Shown piece by piece: positions 24,064 through 37,456 of a DNA stretch of 64,000 bases. Under the pieces are notes generated by a model. That model did no database searches. It was not told where the DNA came from and was given only the letters and a program-made list of their open reading frames with translations. How positions within the stretch are numbered: position 1 is the stretch's first letter; each line of letters starts with the position of its first letter. The DNA comes from Eukaryota sp. GEM-RC1. Taxonomy: Eukaryota. The stretch is from the NCBI GenBank assembly GCA_040285855.1, contig JAUFOQ010000003.1:2356001-2420000 (forward strand). The letters are read 5' to 3'. Made by a program: the position numbers and the translations under genes.

Positions 24064-24762
24064 ATGTCCTTATATGAACTTTCAGGCCGCTTTCAAAAAC
24101 AAGACATACCAGAAAAGGCAAAACATCAGTTTGTCATGTGGTTGACCTCAAAAATTGAAACCCTGGCCAGCTCTTCTGTTGATGTCCCAGCAACAGTGAA
24201 TCGTCTTCTTACCCTTTCCAATCCCAAACAAATAGAAAGCTTCCTTCTTTCGAGGCTCGGCCGAAGACCTGAAGTCTTTTACTTTGCCCAAGAGTTTCTC
24301 ACTCAGCAATCACAATTATACAGCTCTAAATCCTTTGTTTTTGAACCAAACGTTCAAAATCAGCGTAAACAATCAAAACAAAAGACTCACACTCTGACGA
24401 CTAGGGAAAGTTTAAAAGGGAGAGAATGTGGGTGTAATTGTACGATAGAAGACCATCTTCTTATAGGTAATTGTACCAATTGTGGCCGAATTGCTTGCTC
24501 TGCTGAGGGAAATACTTGTTTTACTTGTGGGAAGTACATTGCAGGAGATATACAAAGTTCTTTATCAACACCTGCTTCAACAAAACTAGATCTGAAAGAG
24601 ACCCAGGCAGAGATCTCTGCTCAACAATATCTGACGAAATTACTAGAGTTTCAAAAGACTTCCGAAGAAAGGACGGCTGTGATTGATGACCAAGGTGATG
24701 GTGCTGTTAGGAATCCTGAAGTTGACAAAGAAGTGTTTTTGGAATTCTCGGAATTATTTTAA
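24064..24762 (+). CDS. C2HC5 zinc-finger protein, TRIP4/ASC-1/Rqt4-like
   Basis: CGCNC..H.L..NCTNCGRIAC..EG..CFTCG followed by KLLEF..RTAVIDDQ. Confidence 0.8.
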   Translation: MSLYELSGRFQKQDIPEKAKHQFVMWLTSKIETLASSSVDVPATVNRLLTLSNPKQIESFLLSRLGRRPEVFYFAQEFLTQQSQLYSSKSFVFEPNVQNQRKQSKQKTHTLTTRESLKGRECGCNCTIEDHLLIGNCTNCGRIACSAEGNTCFTCGKYIAGDIQSSLSTPASTKLDLKETQAEISAQQYLTKLLEFQKTSEERTAVIDDQGDGAVRNPEVDKEVFLEFSELF

Positions 24763-24794
24763 ATTAATGCCAACACTCAATTTATTCAAAATAT

Positions 24795-26614
24795 TTACAC
24801 TAAATGATCAAAAAGACCCACATGTGATTTGTTCTTTGATATTCTCACCGTACCATCATCAGATCCTGTAATCAAGATCACTTCATCCTCAATCAACGCA
24901 AACTGAGCTGTATTCACAAGAGATGAGTGATTGCCTACTCGGGTCATGAGAGAAAATTTAAATTTTTGAGTAGGCAGTATTGACCAAGACCAAATTGGAA
25001 CATTGTTATCTTCACTTCCCATTGTAACTAAACCCGGTATTATAGATCCATCAATGTCAAATTTACCAGACTTATGACCTGTCAGCGAAGCAGAATCTAA
25101 AATTAGACCAGAATTTTCAATATTTGGGAGCTTTGTATTTGAATAAGTCGTAGAGTTAAAAATCTTCCTCATGGAATCAATCAGAAATAATTTACAGCTT
25201 GACCTCGTTAAATCTGGGACAGCAACAACAGTTTCATTTTCACAACAAAAATCAACAAAAGGACTCGGAGATCGAATATGAGCCAAAAATTTAAAATTTA
25301 GAACTGTCGATTGTGCAAAAGATCAGAAATAAAAATGACACAAAGTGATGATTGATTTGGCTCCACATCTACCATAGCAAAAAGACAATCATATTTGGAA
25401 TTTTCTGGATTTTTGAAATATTTCAATGCCCGCACTGATAGAAAGGGAAATGATTTAACTTGCCTAACTTCAGCACCATTAATTGAGTAAATATATACAG
25501 GTGAATTACCAAAGCTACTCAAATGAGTCACCATAAGGAAAAGTTGATCATTAAATTCAAAAAATTGAACAGAAGAAATGTCGTTTCTTACTTCTAAATG
25601 TAGATCATCAACATCAATTTTAAAAATTTCCTGAAAATTTGACAAATCAACAATGGTGAATGACTCTTCTCCAGCCAAAGCAATATAATCAAAATTCGGT
25701 GAAAAAGTGACATTATCTACATCGTCTGGTAGGTCAAAATCATGACGATTACTAAAGGTAAATCTGTCGTTAGAAACTGCAAAGTTTTGAAACAATGTAG
25801 CACCAAATCGACCTGAACAACAAAGAAAATCTCCACCAACACGAACTCTCCAAAGCTCATCTGAAAGATTGATTGACCCTATTGTTGTATCAAACTGATT
25901 ACAATCCACAACGGGCAGGTCACCAATCAACGACAAGGACGAAACATTGAGAGGTACAGATGATTGAGTAGCATCAAAGGAAAGAGCTTTGGATAATAGG
26001 GTTTCCAACTGTCGTTCGGGTAGTAGAAAATGACTGGGAATCACGTGATTCAGTTCAGAAAGACACGTGATTCGATCCCCACAGATTCCAATGTCTAAAC
26101 TTCTCTTGGGAATGTCAGACAGTTCACACATGAGCAAAGTAGAGAGCGAGTGTAGATGGTCTTTGGAGGTTATTGGAGCTAATTCAGTTCGAAGTATTGA
26201 CAGAGCAACAGAAGGTTTTTCTAAGGAAATAGCGTCTATAAGTTTACGACGAAGAAGTAGAACTTTGGCGATTTTATGTTGAATATCATTGTCAAAAGGA
26301 ATCAATGGAAGCATGTCCACTGCTTTATCCCACTTTCCATCAAGAACGTGTTGACGGAAGATAGTTGCAGAAGCGGCATGAGCCTGAATTCCAGATTCAT
26401 CAGAAAGAAGCTTAGCTGGTTCTGGAAAACCCCATGATTCTAAAGCTTGTATGACAAGACGTATCTGTTGTGTGTGCAGTTTTTGGACCCTTGTTCGACT
26501 TTGTCGCAAAGTTTTGGTATCTCCATGAAGAACTGTTTCAGAATGAGAGTTATCGTCTAGCATAAGTTTTTGTCGCTTTCCAGAGGGCAGTGAGAAGGGA
26601 GCAAGACGAAACAA
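24795..26614 (-). CDS. LisH-CTLH-WD40 protein, WDR26/GID7-like (frameshift near 25300)
   Basis: IRLVIQALESWGF (LisH), FRQHVLDGKWD (CTLH), LRTELAP, LPERQLETLL, GSED..IW, GSDDGTVRI. Start codon uncertain. Confidence 0.75.
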
Positions 26615-26868
26615 AACCAGGGAGTAGTTTTAGATGTCCTGTCAAGAATTTTTTCTGACAATTGGAGCTAACTGTTTTAAATGTCTGATTACTTGTACAA
26701 TGGACGAACAAGATCATGTTTCATTATTATGAACACTGTAACATATTTAGTTGATTCGAAGTTGAAGAAAAGATGACTACCATTAGTACTTATACAAGTT
26801 TATGTTTCCAAAAGATTTAAAGTACATCCTGGTTCGAAATTCATACTGATGCAACTATTAATAATAAA

Positions 26869-27480
26869 CTATTTTTCCACATGCACAGCAATTTCAGATT
26901 CGGGCTGACTTTCGTTCACTAAAAGATTATGCTTAATATTGACATTCGAAGTGACTTGAAATGATAACCGTTGGCGAAGATCAATGGCAGACATGATTTT
27001 GTGGAACTCCTCTTCATCAATGTCACCATTACCATCAGTATCGGCCTCTTCCATAGCTTTGGTGACCACATGATTGATATCTTTTTCTGACATGAGATCT
27101 TTGAGCATACTCGTCAGAATAATTGTAAGATCAGAGTGAGTGATGAGTTGGTCACCGTCTACGTCATAGAGTTTGAAAGCGGCTTCTAATTTCAACTTCT
27201 GTGAGCTCTTGGTAGCAAAAGGTTTGATAGTTTCAAGAAAGTCCTCAAATGTTAGCTTTTCCTTCTTGTCGGGTATAAGAGCGAAGACTCGTTCCTTAAG
27301 GGGATTATTTACAAGTTCTGGTAACAAAAGAAGTTCTTGGCGTGTGATTTGTCCATCCTTGTCTGCATCCATCTGAATGAACCGGTTATGCAGCTTTTTG
27401 ATCTCCCAAGAGTCGAACTTGTACTGAGTGGAATAGTTAAGAGCTTCTTCGTCAGAAATTTTGGATGCTGAAGAACCCAT
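26869..27480 (-). CDS. Calcineurin B-like EF-hand protein
   Basis: MGSS myristoylation-type N-terminus; EF loops DADKDGQI, DVDGDQLI, DTDGNGDI; NPL..R and KL..AFKLYD motifs. Confidence 0.85.
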   Translation of the reverse strand: MGSSASKISDEEALNYSTQYKFDSWEIKKLHNRFIQMDADKDGQITRQELLLLPELVNNPLKERVFALIPDKKEKLTFEDFLETIKPFATKSSQKLKLEAAFKLYDVDGDQLITHSDLTIILTSMLKDLMSEKDINHVVTKAMEEADTDGNGDIDEEEFHKIMSAIDLRQRLSFQVTSNVNIKHNLLVNESQPESEIAVHVEK

Positions 27481-27504
27481 TTTGAAGAGAAAATATAGAA
27501 TTTT

Positions 27505-29605
27505 GGTTTTTCCCCAAAAACCACCATAAAATTAACCAAATTTCTTTTCCACCATCACACTTTTTTTTCCACCATCATCTCTTTTACTTCAAACATCATA
27601 TCAGACACTATGCAAATCTCCGTAAGATCGTGCAAGTCCCAACATCCGGTTCGCTTCGTTGTTGGCGAGGTGTTCCCATCAAAAATTGCCTTGCAAGTAA
27701 AGATACATCAACATGCTTTACAAGAGGACAAAGAAATTAGTCTAGCCGCTAATAACAACACAAAAAAGTACACTGTAACGTGTACTGACTTCCAGTGTAG
27801 CTTTCGTCTTTATTCCTCCAGTAAAGATGGCATTAATTGGACAGTTGTCACTTATACTGCCCACAAGAAATTTTGCGCTGGTCAACCTAAAACAAGACTT
27901 CCCCCCAGCGTTATAGCTGAAATCCATACCGACGATTTTAGGAGACAAAAGATTTTGAGTCCTAGCAAGCTTGCCGAAAGCAGCTCAATGCCGTTATCTT
28001 GGAAAAAAGCAGATAGAGTGGTTAAGGCTGTACAATCGAATCTCTATGGTACTCGTGATGCGTCTTATGCAGTACTTCCCATGTATCTTGAAAATTTAAA
28101 GAAATCTATGCCAGGAAGCGTTACTGAATTGATAGCTGATAACTCCACATTTAAGATGTGTTTTGTTGCTCTTGCTGCTAGCATTGAGGGTTGGAACTTT
28201 TGTAAGAAGGTGATTTGTGTAGATGGAACATATATTCGTACACAATACCTTGGTGTTGTGTTGATTGCCACAGCATTAGATGGTAATCAACACACATTTC
28301 CGCTGGCCTATGCAGTTGTGGAAAACGAGACTATTGACTCGTGGTCTTGGTTTCTGACCCAGCTGGCATCCGTGTTACATTTAGAGGATTGTGAAGCTGT
28401 CACAATCATTTCTGATCGTCAAAAGGGGTTATTATCTGCCTTACGAAATGTGTTACCCTATTGTCATCACGCTTACTGTGTTTGGCATCTCGCCGAAAAT
28501 GCTACAGGAAAAGGATCTAAGCATGCTAAACCATTTATTTATCAACTTGCTCGGTCAACAACTATCGAAGAATACAACTGTTTATTTGAAGAACTAAATC
28601 AAGTTTCTCCATCCGCCGCTGACTACATCTCCAGAATTGAGCCGGAATTCTGGGTAGAATGCTTGTTTTCAGGTAACCGACACGGTATGATTACCTCAAA
28701 TCTAGTTGAGAGCATGAACGCGTGCATTGCTGAAGCCAGAGAGCTTCCGGTTACTCATATGTTGGAGGTTATAAGAGAAAAGATTGCAAAGTGGTTTCTC
28801 GCGAGAAGAGAAGAGGGGAAGAAAGCCGAAAATGGGGTTACTGTGGCTGTGGAAAAAAGTTGGTCTCTAGGATGAATGTTGTAATTGAAGAAGAGCTGTA
28901 TGCAACTAAGGTTGACGAAGGATTGTACGAGGTACGATACAAGGGCAAAATGATTAGAGTAAACGTAGGGGAAAGCTTTTGCGACAGCGACTGTCAATGT
29001 GGAAGATGGAAAAGGAAGGTATCCCTTGTGTCCACGCTCTTACTGTTCTTCGTAATTTCGGATCTCGGGGACAAAATTACTGTAGTCAAGAAAACTCCAC
29101 TGAAACCTTCCTGAAGGTCTACCAAGGGAAGGTATTTGGTGTAGATGATGTAAGGAAGAATCACTCTGTGAGACAGATAGAGCCTCCTGTGAACAAACCG
29201 CCTCCAGGACGTCCAGGAAAGGTAAGAGGAAGAAAAGGAGCAAAACCGACTGTTGCTTTCAAACGCTCTACTAATCAGTCAGCGAATGAAGAGTTCCGTG
29301 AAGAAAAAGAACAAAGAAGATGTAGTCTTTGTAGACAAGGTGGACACAACAAAGCAACATGTCCCCAACGTCGGCGTTAGCTCATTGACTGTAGTTGTAG
29401 TTGTAATATCGTATCATAAAGTGGTTTATTTCGTAGAAGATATAGGTAATACTAGTGAGAAGTGAACACAAGTAGGGCGAATATGGCAAGTTTCTTGATT
29501 AACGATTAGATTGAAGTCACGTCAGATGGTGGATTTGGGCGAAGAAAAAAATGATGGTGGAAAAAGAATTTATTGATTTCATATGGTGGATTAGGGCGAT
29601 GTCTC
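27505..29605 (+). mobile_element. Mutator (MULE) DNA transposon, apparently full length
   Basis: Perfect 9-bp TSD TAGAATTTT (27496-27504 / 29606-29614); degenerate TIRs rich in CCACCAT. Confidence 0.9.
27610..29380 (+). CDS. MuDR-type transposase with SWIM finger and CCHC knuckle (frameshifts near 28860 and 28990)
   Basis: VDGTY, LDGN..FPLAYAVVENE, IISDRQKGL, CVWH, TSNLVES; SWIM C.C..IPCVH; GRP; CSLCRQGGHNKATC. Confidence 0.9.
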
Positions 29606-30179
29606 TAGAATTTTGAAAAAAAAAAGCATTCACTAGTGGACACAACCGACTGTACAATCTTCTAGTTACGTTAAGTGTGCATTCTTTCACGTAAAATTGT
29701 AATCATTGCCTTTTTGCCTATGTTTGATAGTTGCAGGCAGTAATCGTCAAACCGTAAAATACAAATAGCGTGTTTACGGAATTGCCGTAAATACGGTACG
29801 GTATCAACTAGTGCTTTCCGTAAAATAGAGATTCCCATAAAATACGTGTAAAAACAAGTGTCGAAACCACAGTACATTCGGCTCTGCATAGCGCTTGTAA
29901 GGTCAAACAACACTTATAATTGAATTATTAAGGACGGTCACTCCCTATCACAAGGATACACTCAAGGTCCACGAAATGACTGTTCACAGACAGAGGTTTG
30001 TTACCTTTGTTATGAAGGGAAATTATAGCAACAAAAGCAAAAGTGTGTTGCTTTATTCCAAATATATACATTCATAAATGAACAATACTGATATCATACA
30101 AAAGCTGCAGGAAAACTAAGAAATAAACTAAATTAATTAATTTAATTAGACAACTCAACAATTTTCTTTTTGTAAGAAA

Positions 30180-31847
30180 TCACTGCCGCATTTGTAGCTT
30201 TCTTTTCAAAACCAATTGCTTCTGGTAACACTCATATGCTGTACCAAGAATAGAAGATCTGAACCAAACAAATATCAACAAAGTGGTTGGAATCCAAAAC
30301 ATTGGATGTAACAAAGGATTGAAATCCATTGGTCTTCCATCAAAAGGACCACACGTGTGTTCCATTGAAACAAAGACCAATAACAAAAGACCAACAAAAG
30401 AAAGCACCATGAGAAGAGAAAGGGAAAAGCTAAAGCGAGAGCGTTCCTTTCTATAATGATCTGTGGGTGGTCTCCAGAAGGTCTCTAGTAAGAATTTAAA
30501 TAACCTAAGAAACGCATAGACAATAAAGAAGGAAAGAATTGGATTAAATGGAGAAAAAGGAAGAGACAGAACAGTGAGAGCAAAGTAATAGATCAATCTG
30601 ACGGATAAATCATGGAAATCAAACTGTTTTCTCTTGTTGAATTTCTCCTCTTCAGACAAGTCCTTGTGTAATCCAAATAATTTAATAATTCCAGCTTTAA
30701 GAACTTCAACTCCAGTGAATATGGTACTATCTAAAACCAGTGTAATAATTAATAAATTGGTCAAATTTCTACTGGTAGCATTCAAGTTACAGTCGTCCTC
30801 ATCCTCTAAGTCGGAGGCAACATTGAAAATCAAAGGGGTCAAAAGAGAAGCTCTAAATACCAACATTAGAAGCAATCGAAGAGAATTTCTCTTATTTAAA
30901 TCAATCTCATTATACATTTTTAAAATAATCGACGCAATCATAGGAGAAAGAAGATTCAAAATGGCAACAGCAGAAGAAACAAGCAAGTTAATAGCCATTC
31001 CAAGAATAGACTCATCATCATCTGATTGATCTTCAATCAAAAATGATTGAACAGTGGCGAGACCACGAACACCAAAAGCACAAACCAAAGCAAATGAAAT
31101 GAACACAACATCAGCAGCATATCTGTATATTTTCAATTTTTTAGAAATTCCATATCGTTTTTCGTCTAATTTGACCAACCGCACACTCTCTTCTTGAATA
31201 GAAATATGGCAATTCTCCATCAATTCGATTGATTGATGAATCATTTGATCTTGTGCGTTGGCATTCCAATCAAAATCAAAAATCAACTCCATAAACTTTG
31301 GAGTAAGCACGGTATGACTATCTTCCAAAGCTTTTCTTCGATACATTAGTCTGCTAGCAAACACAGTGAAGAGACCAGCAAAGATGATAGTCATGCAGTA
31401 GCCCATGATGATGACATAAGACCAATGAGTCGCTCGTTCAGAGTAGATTGAAGAAGGTTGGAGGATGATAGGGTAGATGCCATCCATGGTTCCGAAGAGA
31501 GGGGAGTTGTCCTTGAGAAGATCTTGGATGTGGAAATAGAGGAGAAAGCCACAGTTGACACCAAGAAGGAAAATAGCACCTAGAATGGAGCGGCCAAGAC
31601 TAAAGAAGAAGCCGCAAGTACTTCCATATCGGCGTTCAATTTCTGGAATAGTTGTCTTTAGAGGAATGAAACACCAAGACAAAAAGGTTGTGAACCACTC
31701 TATCGCAGAGGTAATTGAAAGAGGTGATAAATCGGTATCATAAGAGTCTTCAATGTCCCTAGGGACAGACACGACAGATTCACTATCTGAAGGAGATTCA
31801 GACATTTTCTCAAAATAAAAGAATCCGGCTTTCAAGTCAAACTCCAT
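30180..31847 (-). CDS. Transmembrane channel-like (TMC) protein
   Basis: Many hydrophobic segments; IERRYGSTCGFFF resembles the TMC IEG.FGS.V.SYF motif; QFDF..LIY and CGPF near the C-terminus. Confidence 0.65.
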   Translation of the reverse strand: MEFDLKAGFFYFEKMSESPSDSESVVSVPRDIEDSYDTDLSPLSITSAIEWFTTFLSWCFIPLKTTIPEIERRYGSTCGFFFSLGRSILGAIFLLGVNCGFLLYFHIQDLLKDNSPLFGTMDGIYPIILQPSSIYSERATHWSYVIIMGYCMTIIFAGLFTVFASRLMYRRKALEDSHTVLTPKFMELIFDFDWNANAQDQMIHQSIELMENCHISIQEESVRLVKLDEKRYGISKKLKIYRYAADVVFISFALVCAFGVRGLATVQSFLIEDQSDDDESILGMAINLLVSSAVAILNLLSPMIASIILKMYNEIDLNKRNSLRLLLMLVFRASLLTPLIFNVASDLEDEDDCNLNATSRNLTNLLIITLVLDSTIFTGVEVLKAGIIKLFGLHKDLSEEEKFNKRKQFDFHDLSVRLIYYFALTVLSLPFSPFNPILSFFIVYAFLRLFKFLLETFWRPPTDHYRKERSRFSFSLSLLMVLSFVGLLLLVFVSMEHTCGPFDGRPMDFNPLLHPMFWIPTTLLIFVWFRSSILGTAYECYQKQLVLKRKLQMRQ

Positions 31848-31858
31848 CCATAAATACC

Positions 31859-34800
31859 ATGCTCTTTAAACTATCACCGTCACATCCCACCAAAAGTGGA
31901 GCAATCTGCAAGTGGAGATGTGACAGTAACATGCTGGCCGTTTCTCTTCCTGGTTCTGTTGCTCTTTGTGATCGTCAAGGGTCTTTTATCTCTTCTATTT
32001 CCACATCCAAGGACACGGCTTCAATTGACTGGGAATGTCATGGTGACTTTCTCTCAGTTGTTGTCCCAAATCAACCAAATGTTATCATTTATGAAACCTC
32101 AACATCTACTCACCTTACTGTACAAACAACAAGACCTATTACGTGTGCTTCTTGGTCCCCCAATTCTTCCCTACTCATCATGGGAACTGATAAGGGTACT
32201 TTTCTTCAATACAATACACAAACAAAGAGACTTAACAAGACCATTGGAACCCATCAAAAGCGCATCTCTTCTTTATCCTGGTCATCTTCCAACTTACTTC
32301 TTGCTTCGTCAGACGATAAAACTGTCTCTGTCACCAAACTTCCCTCCTTTGAGACCAACAGAGACAATGTCGTTCTTCCCTCCCCCTGTACTCAACTCTC
32401 TAGCCTCTCCTACAAGCACAAAGGCCAGATAGTACACCTTGGAGCAGCTCTGTGTAAAGGTGACGTCTATTCTCTTTGATTTGAGTTCGAGTTCTACTGT
32501 TAAAAAGTTGGTTATAGAGGATCTCAGAATTTCTACAATGTTGTTTCTACCTGATCTATTTGCTGTATTTGGAAGTAGTGATGGCCATGTTACTGTAGTT
32601 AAACTAAAACATTCAAACGAGCCTCACGATATGCAACTAGAACATGTTTTACGTCATCATTTACTTCGAACAACTCCAGTACTTTGTTTGGATTACTCCC
32701 TAACCCTCTGTAAGTTAAATGACGGTGTTTTGAGTGACCAAATGGGTCAAATAGCTATAGTTTATGAAGAGACAGTAGAGATCATGTCGACTAATGATTG
32801 GTCTGTGATGCCACCCAATCACATTCAGCTTGTTGAAAGTGAGGGTAGCTTCATAAACGCTACTTGGGCTAAGAATGGTGGAATTCTGACTGTTGCTACT
32901 GTATCAGGTTACGTTTATGGAGAAGTCACGAGAGTTCCCGCTCTAGTGTCGTCATGTGATTCTCTTGTTGCTTGTATGTCGTCACTATCAGCAGTAACTG
33001 TTCTGGATTGCCTCCTGCCACCAGACTTACCCCCAGGGTCACCCCCCGTTACCGTTCTAACTGCTTCTCTTCCTCAAGAACCCGCTCAAATTAGGATAGG
33101 TTTAGGTTCAACTTTGTGTGCTTTTATTAATTCAATGGCCTGGTTTTTAAAAGGACCGTTGATTAATGAGCTACCTGCAAATGAAACAGGAAAGATGGAG
33201 GTTGTGTATAATCGAGAGTACATGACAGTCATTAATGACGTCATGCTCACTACTGATTACGTGGCAGTTACTCTTGGAAATCGAGTTTTGTTACATTCTT
33301 TTGAAGATGATGGATTTGAACAGTGGTTTCCGGTCAATCAATCACAATCAATCACTCAAACTCGACTTTCCAGTGAGTTTTTGGTTTACTCAACTGAAAA
33401 AGGAATACATGTTTTTTCCTTGGTGTTTCGTCAAATGGTTTCAGAAGTACAGCTGCCGTCTCCAGTTATTAACTTCTTTCCTAATCCACAACACTCAAGG
33501 TTTGTCGTGATTGATGGTGACGATCAAGGCTATTTTGTCAATCCAATCACGTCATCAGTCAAGGATATTCCTGATTTTCCTTCTGGATCGACTGCTCTTT
33601 TGACATTTCCGATCCCTCTTTTTTCTCTTTAATTGATTCCTCATTTGTTGCCCACTCCTATGTTTATCTGCAATACTCAGTGGATGGTGAAAAGATTCAT
33701 AAAGTCAAAGATCATACACAGCTTTCTGCCGCCTCAATCCCGCTTACATTAATTAATGGGGAGATTTTCTCCTTTATTCCCTCTTTTGGGCTGTCTTCTC
33801 AGACTCTTTCTTCCCATTCTGCTATTGTTGCTTCTCTTGGTCGACAATCTCAGGGTTTCCTACAACTATTGGAGCTAGGTAGACTTCGAGAAGCTTGGAA
33901 TGTTGCTCTACAATTGCAGGAGCGAAAGTACTATAAGTTGTTACAGGATCGAGCTACCTATTTGCTGGACTTGTCGATTGCTGAGCTGGCATCACGTCAT
34001 CTGGGAGATGCTGCCACGTGTCTAGCTATTAGGTCAGTAGTAGGCACTGAAGATTTCAATGATTTAGCCGCTTTTTCAGCTATTCTCATGTCTGACGTGA
34101 ATAAAGCAATCAAATTGATTGAAAAGGCAAGTAATCGTGATGAACCCCTTCAATTGGCAATTGACCTTCATCAATGGGAACGAGCTCTACAGTTGGCAAG
34201 TTATTCAGATCCAAACAAGATTCCAATTATTTGTTTAAATTTTGCTGTTGAATTAGAATTACAGGAGAAATTTGAAAGAGCTATAACCTACTTTAAAAAA
34301 AGCTCTTGAAGGTTCTGAAATACTTCAAAAAAATCAGATTCAAATGTGTGAAAGTGGAATTATTAAGTGTGAATTAAGAAAAGGAAATGTTGAAGCTGCT
34401 GAAATAGCTTTGAAGTCTTCATCTAAACAATTAGCTAAGGAATGTGCGATAATTCTGAAAGAAATGAAACAATTTAATTTCGCAGCTAAATTATTTAAAA
34501 GAGCTTCTGATTTTGAAGCTGCTGTTCAGTTGTATTTGGAAGTCAATGAAATTCAAGAAGCTGCCAAATTGATTGATGCGGTACACAGTCAAAAGTTATT
34601 GATTGATTTCGGTCACAAAGCAGAGCAATTTGGATTATTTGAAAAATCTGCATCTGCATATCTGCGTGCGGAATCTACTTCTGATTATGTTAGAATTCTT
34701 TTATCTGACCTTGAAGAACCAGAAAAGGCTTTTAAAATTATTCGTAAAACTGCTGATCCTACTGCTGCTGCAATTGCCTGTGAATTCTGTCGAAAAAATG

Positions 34801-35867
34801 ACAATATTGTTACTTTAATTGAAATGTTGTTTATTTGTGGTGAAGCTGATGAAGCTTGTGAACTTGCTTTAACTCATGGTCATGGTCATTTGGCTGCTGA
34901 TTATTATAAGACTCATGGTCATTATCACCGTGCTCTCAAGCTCTATCTTCAATCAAATGCCATTGATGACGCGATCGATGTCGTGGCATCCAGTAATAAT
35001 GACCTTTTGATTAGAACCATCTTTGACTTTTTAATGGGAGACTCTGATGGAAAACCAAAGGATGTCCACCATTTGTTCACTCTTTATGTTAAACTTGGTC
35101 ACTTTAACGAAGCTGCCAAGACTGCTGTGATCATTGCTGGACAAGAAATTGAATCTGGTCATTATTTAGAGGCTAGGAACACATTATTTAAAACTTTAAG
35201 AAAAGTTAAAGGTTTATCTGCTGGCTTTAGACTACCCAACAAACTGCTGTCTATGTTAAAGGTCTTACACTCCTACATTGTTGTTAGAATGTTAGTTAAA
35301 AGAGGGTTACACGAGGAGGCTGTGATTCTACTCGTATCTGTGGTTGAAAGTGATGTGTTCATCCAACATCGTATTTCTATGTTAATTTCTTGTGTAATTG
35401 AATGTCAGAAAGCTGGTCTGAGGGAAAGTGGCTTTAATTATGCGAGTCGATTGATGCAATCAGATTATGTTGATCACGTACCCAGTCAGTATAGGTCAAA
35501 AATAGAAAAGATCATTCGAAAACGTGATAAATCCCAAAAATCGGGAATTCTAGATCGAACTTCCCCTTGTCCTTTCTGTGGTTCAGAAATATCTATTACT
35601 TCATCTTCTTGTTCAAATTGTCGATCTCTGATCCCATTTTGTATAGTTACTGGTCAGAAAGTTGTTAGAAATGATTTAACTTGCTGTCCACACTGTGAGT
35701 TTCCAGCAATTTATTCTCAGCTTGTCGAACATGTTTCTCACTTTCAGTCTTGTCCAATGTGTTTAGAAGAACTAAGTACTGAGACTTTGGAAATTATAGA
35801 TAACGCAGAGGAGTATTTAAATGATTTAACTGATTGGTTTACAGGTTCTACACAGAAGAGTTCTTGA
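31859..35867 (+). CDS. WDR19: Intraflagellar transport protein IFT144/WDR19 (four ORFs, frameshifts near 32470, 33600 and 34300)
   Basis: N-terminal WD40 repeats (GTHQKRI), TPR-like solenoid, FLMGDSDGKPKD, LHSY, IECQKAGLR and C-terminal CPFC..C..C..IPFCIVTG..CP.C.FPA..CPMC. Confidence 0.9.
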
Positions 35868-36056
35868 TGGGATGCTGATTTATAAAATTGTAACTTTATA
35901 CATGTACTTTACTTTCTAATCTGTTTTTATACAATGACGGTTGTTTTGATACGAAATGAACAGACAGATCAGCTTCAGAATGTCTTCTAATCATTCTTGA
36001 TAAGTGTTACTAGTAGATGTAGATGTCCGAAATAGTTCATCCTCTCTACAGTCTCA

Positions 36057-36762
36057 ATGGTTCCCGTCTCAAGCAAGATCCTCTTTGCTGCAATAACAGG
36101 GCTCAATGAACTGGTATTTCGACATGTCATTGTCCACATTGGTGTCCCCGTTTTCTTGTTTCTCTTGACAATCTTTTCGCTGTATTCTGACTCAATAGCG
36201 TTGAGACGTATAAATTCTTTGTGCCATGCTGTGCTACATCTCTCTGGTGCTGCTATGTACTACACCGTTCCTCATTTCTCCGTATGTCATCATTGTCATT
36301 TGATCATAGTCAAGTCATCCGGTGTGGTTAACTATTCTTTCAGGACCTGTTATTGTTGGTATTTTGTTTATCCTTGAATCCATCAGATTTTCTCCCAAAC
36401 TTTGCTATAGAGTTCATCGATCTTTAAGACGTAGAACCCTTGGTCTAGTTATTGCTTTATGGTCACTTGTCTCTTTCAGTGTTACTGGTCCTTTCCTGTC
36501 TCGATCTTTGAACAAGCTAACACCCTTTGGATGGCCATCATGTGCATCATTGTTTTCCATTGGTGTTGTTTTAACTGCTAATCATAAAGGAACAAATGGG
36601 TCTTCTATTTTGATGGTTCTGTGTGTTTTTGGCATGATCATGGGAATTTATTCAACAATGTTTTTACACCATTTTGTGGATTTTGTTTTGATTTTGGCTT
36701 CTTTGAGTGGATTAATTGTGATGTTTCATGATTCCACTTCTAGTAAGAATAAATCAGATTAG
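36057..36762 (+). CDS. Multi-pass membrane protein of unknown function, one 28-nt intron (36282-36309)
   Basis: Removing GTATGT...CATAG joins ORFs 36057 and 36322 in frame (..PHFS|SSHPVWLT..). Confidence 0.65.
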
Positions 36763-37456
36763 TTTCCAAAAATACTACTGTATTTCACTCAACGTTCTTC
36801 TTCAACGTCTCCTCTTTTGTTCAGCTTGAGGCAAAGCACATGCCAAATACAACTCATCACCCACATCATCCATGATCTGCACTCCGTCTTCTTTTACTTT
36901 TCCAAATCTTGGTCTTTACAACCACTTTTCTCACCTAAGATGGGTACTACAGAATACATGTAATGTGTGTATCTCGCATTTATATTCGTGCTTCTCTCCA
37001 CAAGAACAACTGCTGATGGACAAGTTAGCGAAGTAATAGCCTAAAAAGCTGCTGCCTGATGGTAATGCTCATCTTTTGCAACTCTTTTAAGGTTTTCAAA
37101 AGTTTTAACTACAGTGTGTATTTTCTTAGCTTTATCATTTTGGCCATAGTGTTTGGTCAAATTGCTTTCAATAAAATAATGCCATTCTCTTAATCTAATC
37201 TTTCGATTTTTATATATTTATTCACCTAGAGCAGCTAGGATCTAGATTCAAGAGCGAGAGAGAGTTGTCACACCTATCCATCTTATTGGCACCTCACCCT
37301 GTAGCGCGTTGACGTTGTTTTACGACTTTGATCTTGATTCAGTAAAGTCCTTGTACATGACTTGTTTTGAAAGATCTCTGAATGTAACGGTAGCTCCTTG
37401 TAAGACAGTCGTTGTAGGCTGGAACCTTTATGAACAAAAAGACGCCTTCTATTTAC

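Noticed and set aside
8934..35867. Programmed ribosomal frameshifting to explain the split RecQ, kinase, WDR26-like, IFT144 and Fanzor genes
   Set aside because: Shifts fall in assorted homopolymers with no shared slippery or AAA-stop motif, and the duplicated membrane gene differs by one T in a run. Long-read consensus error is simpler.
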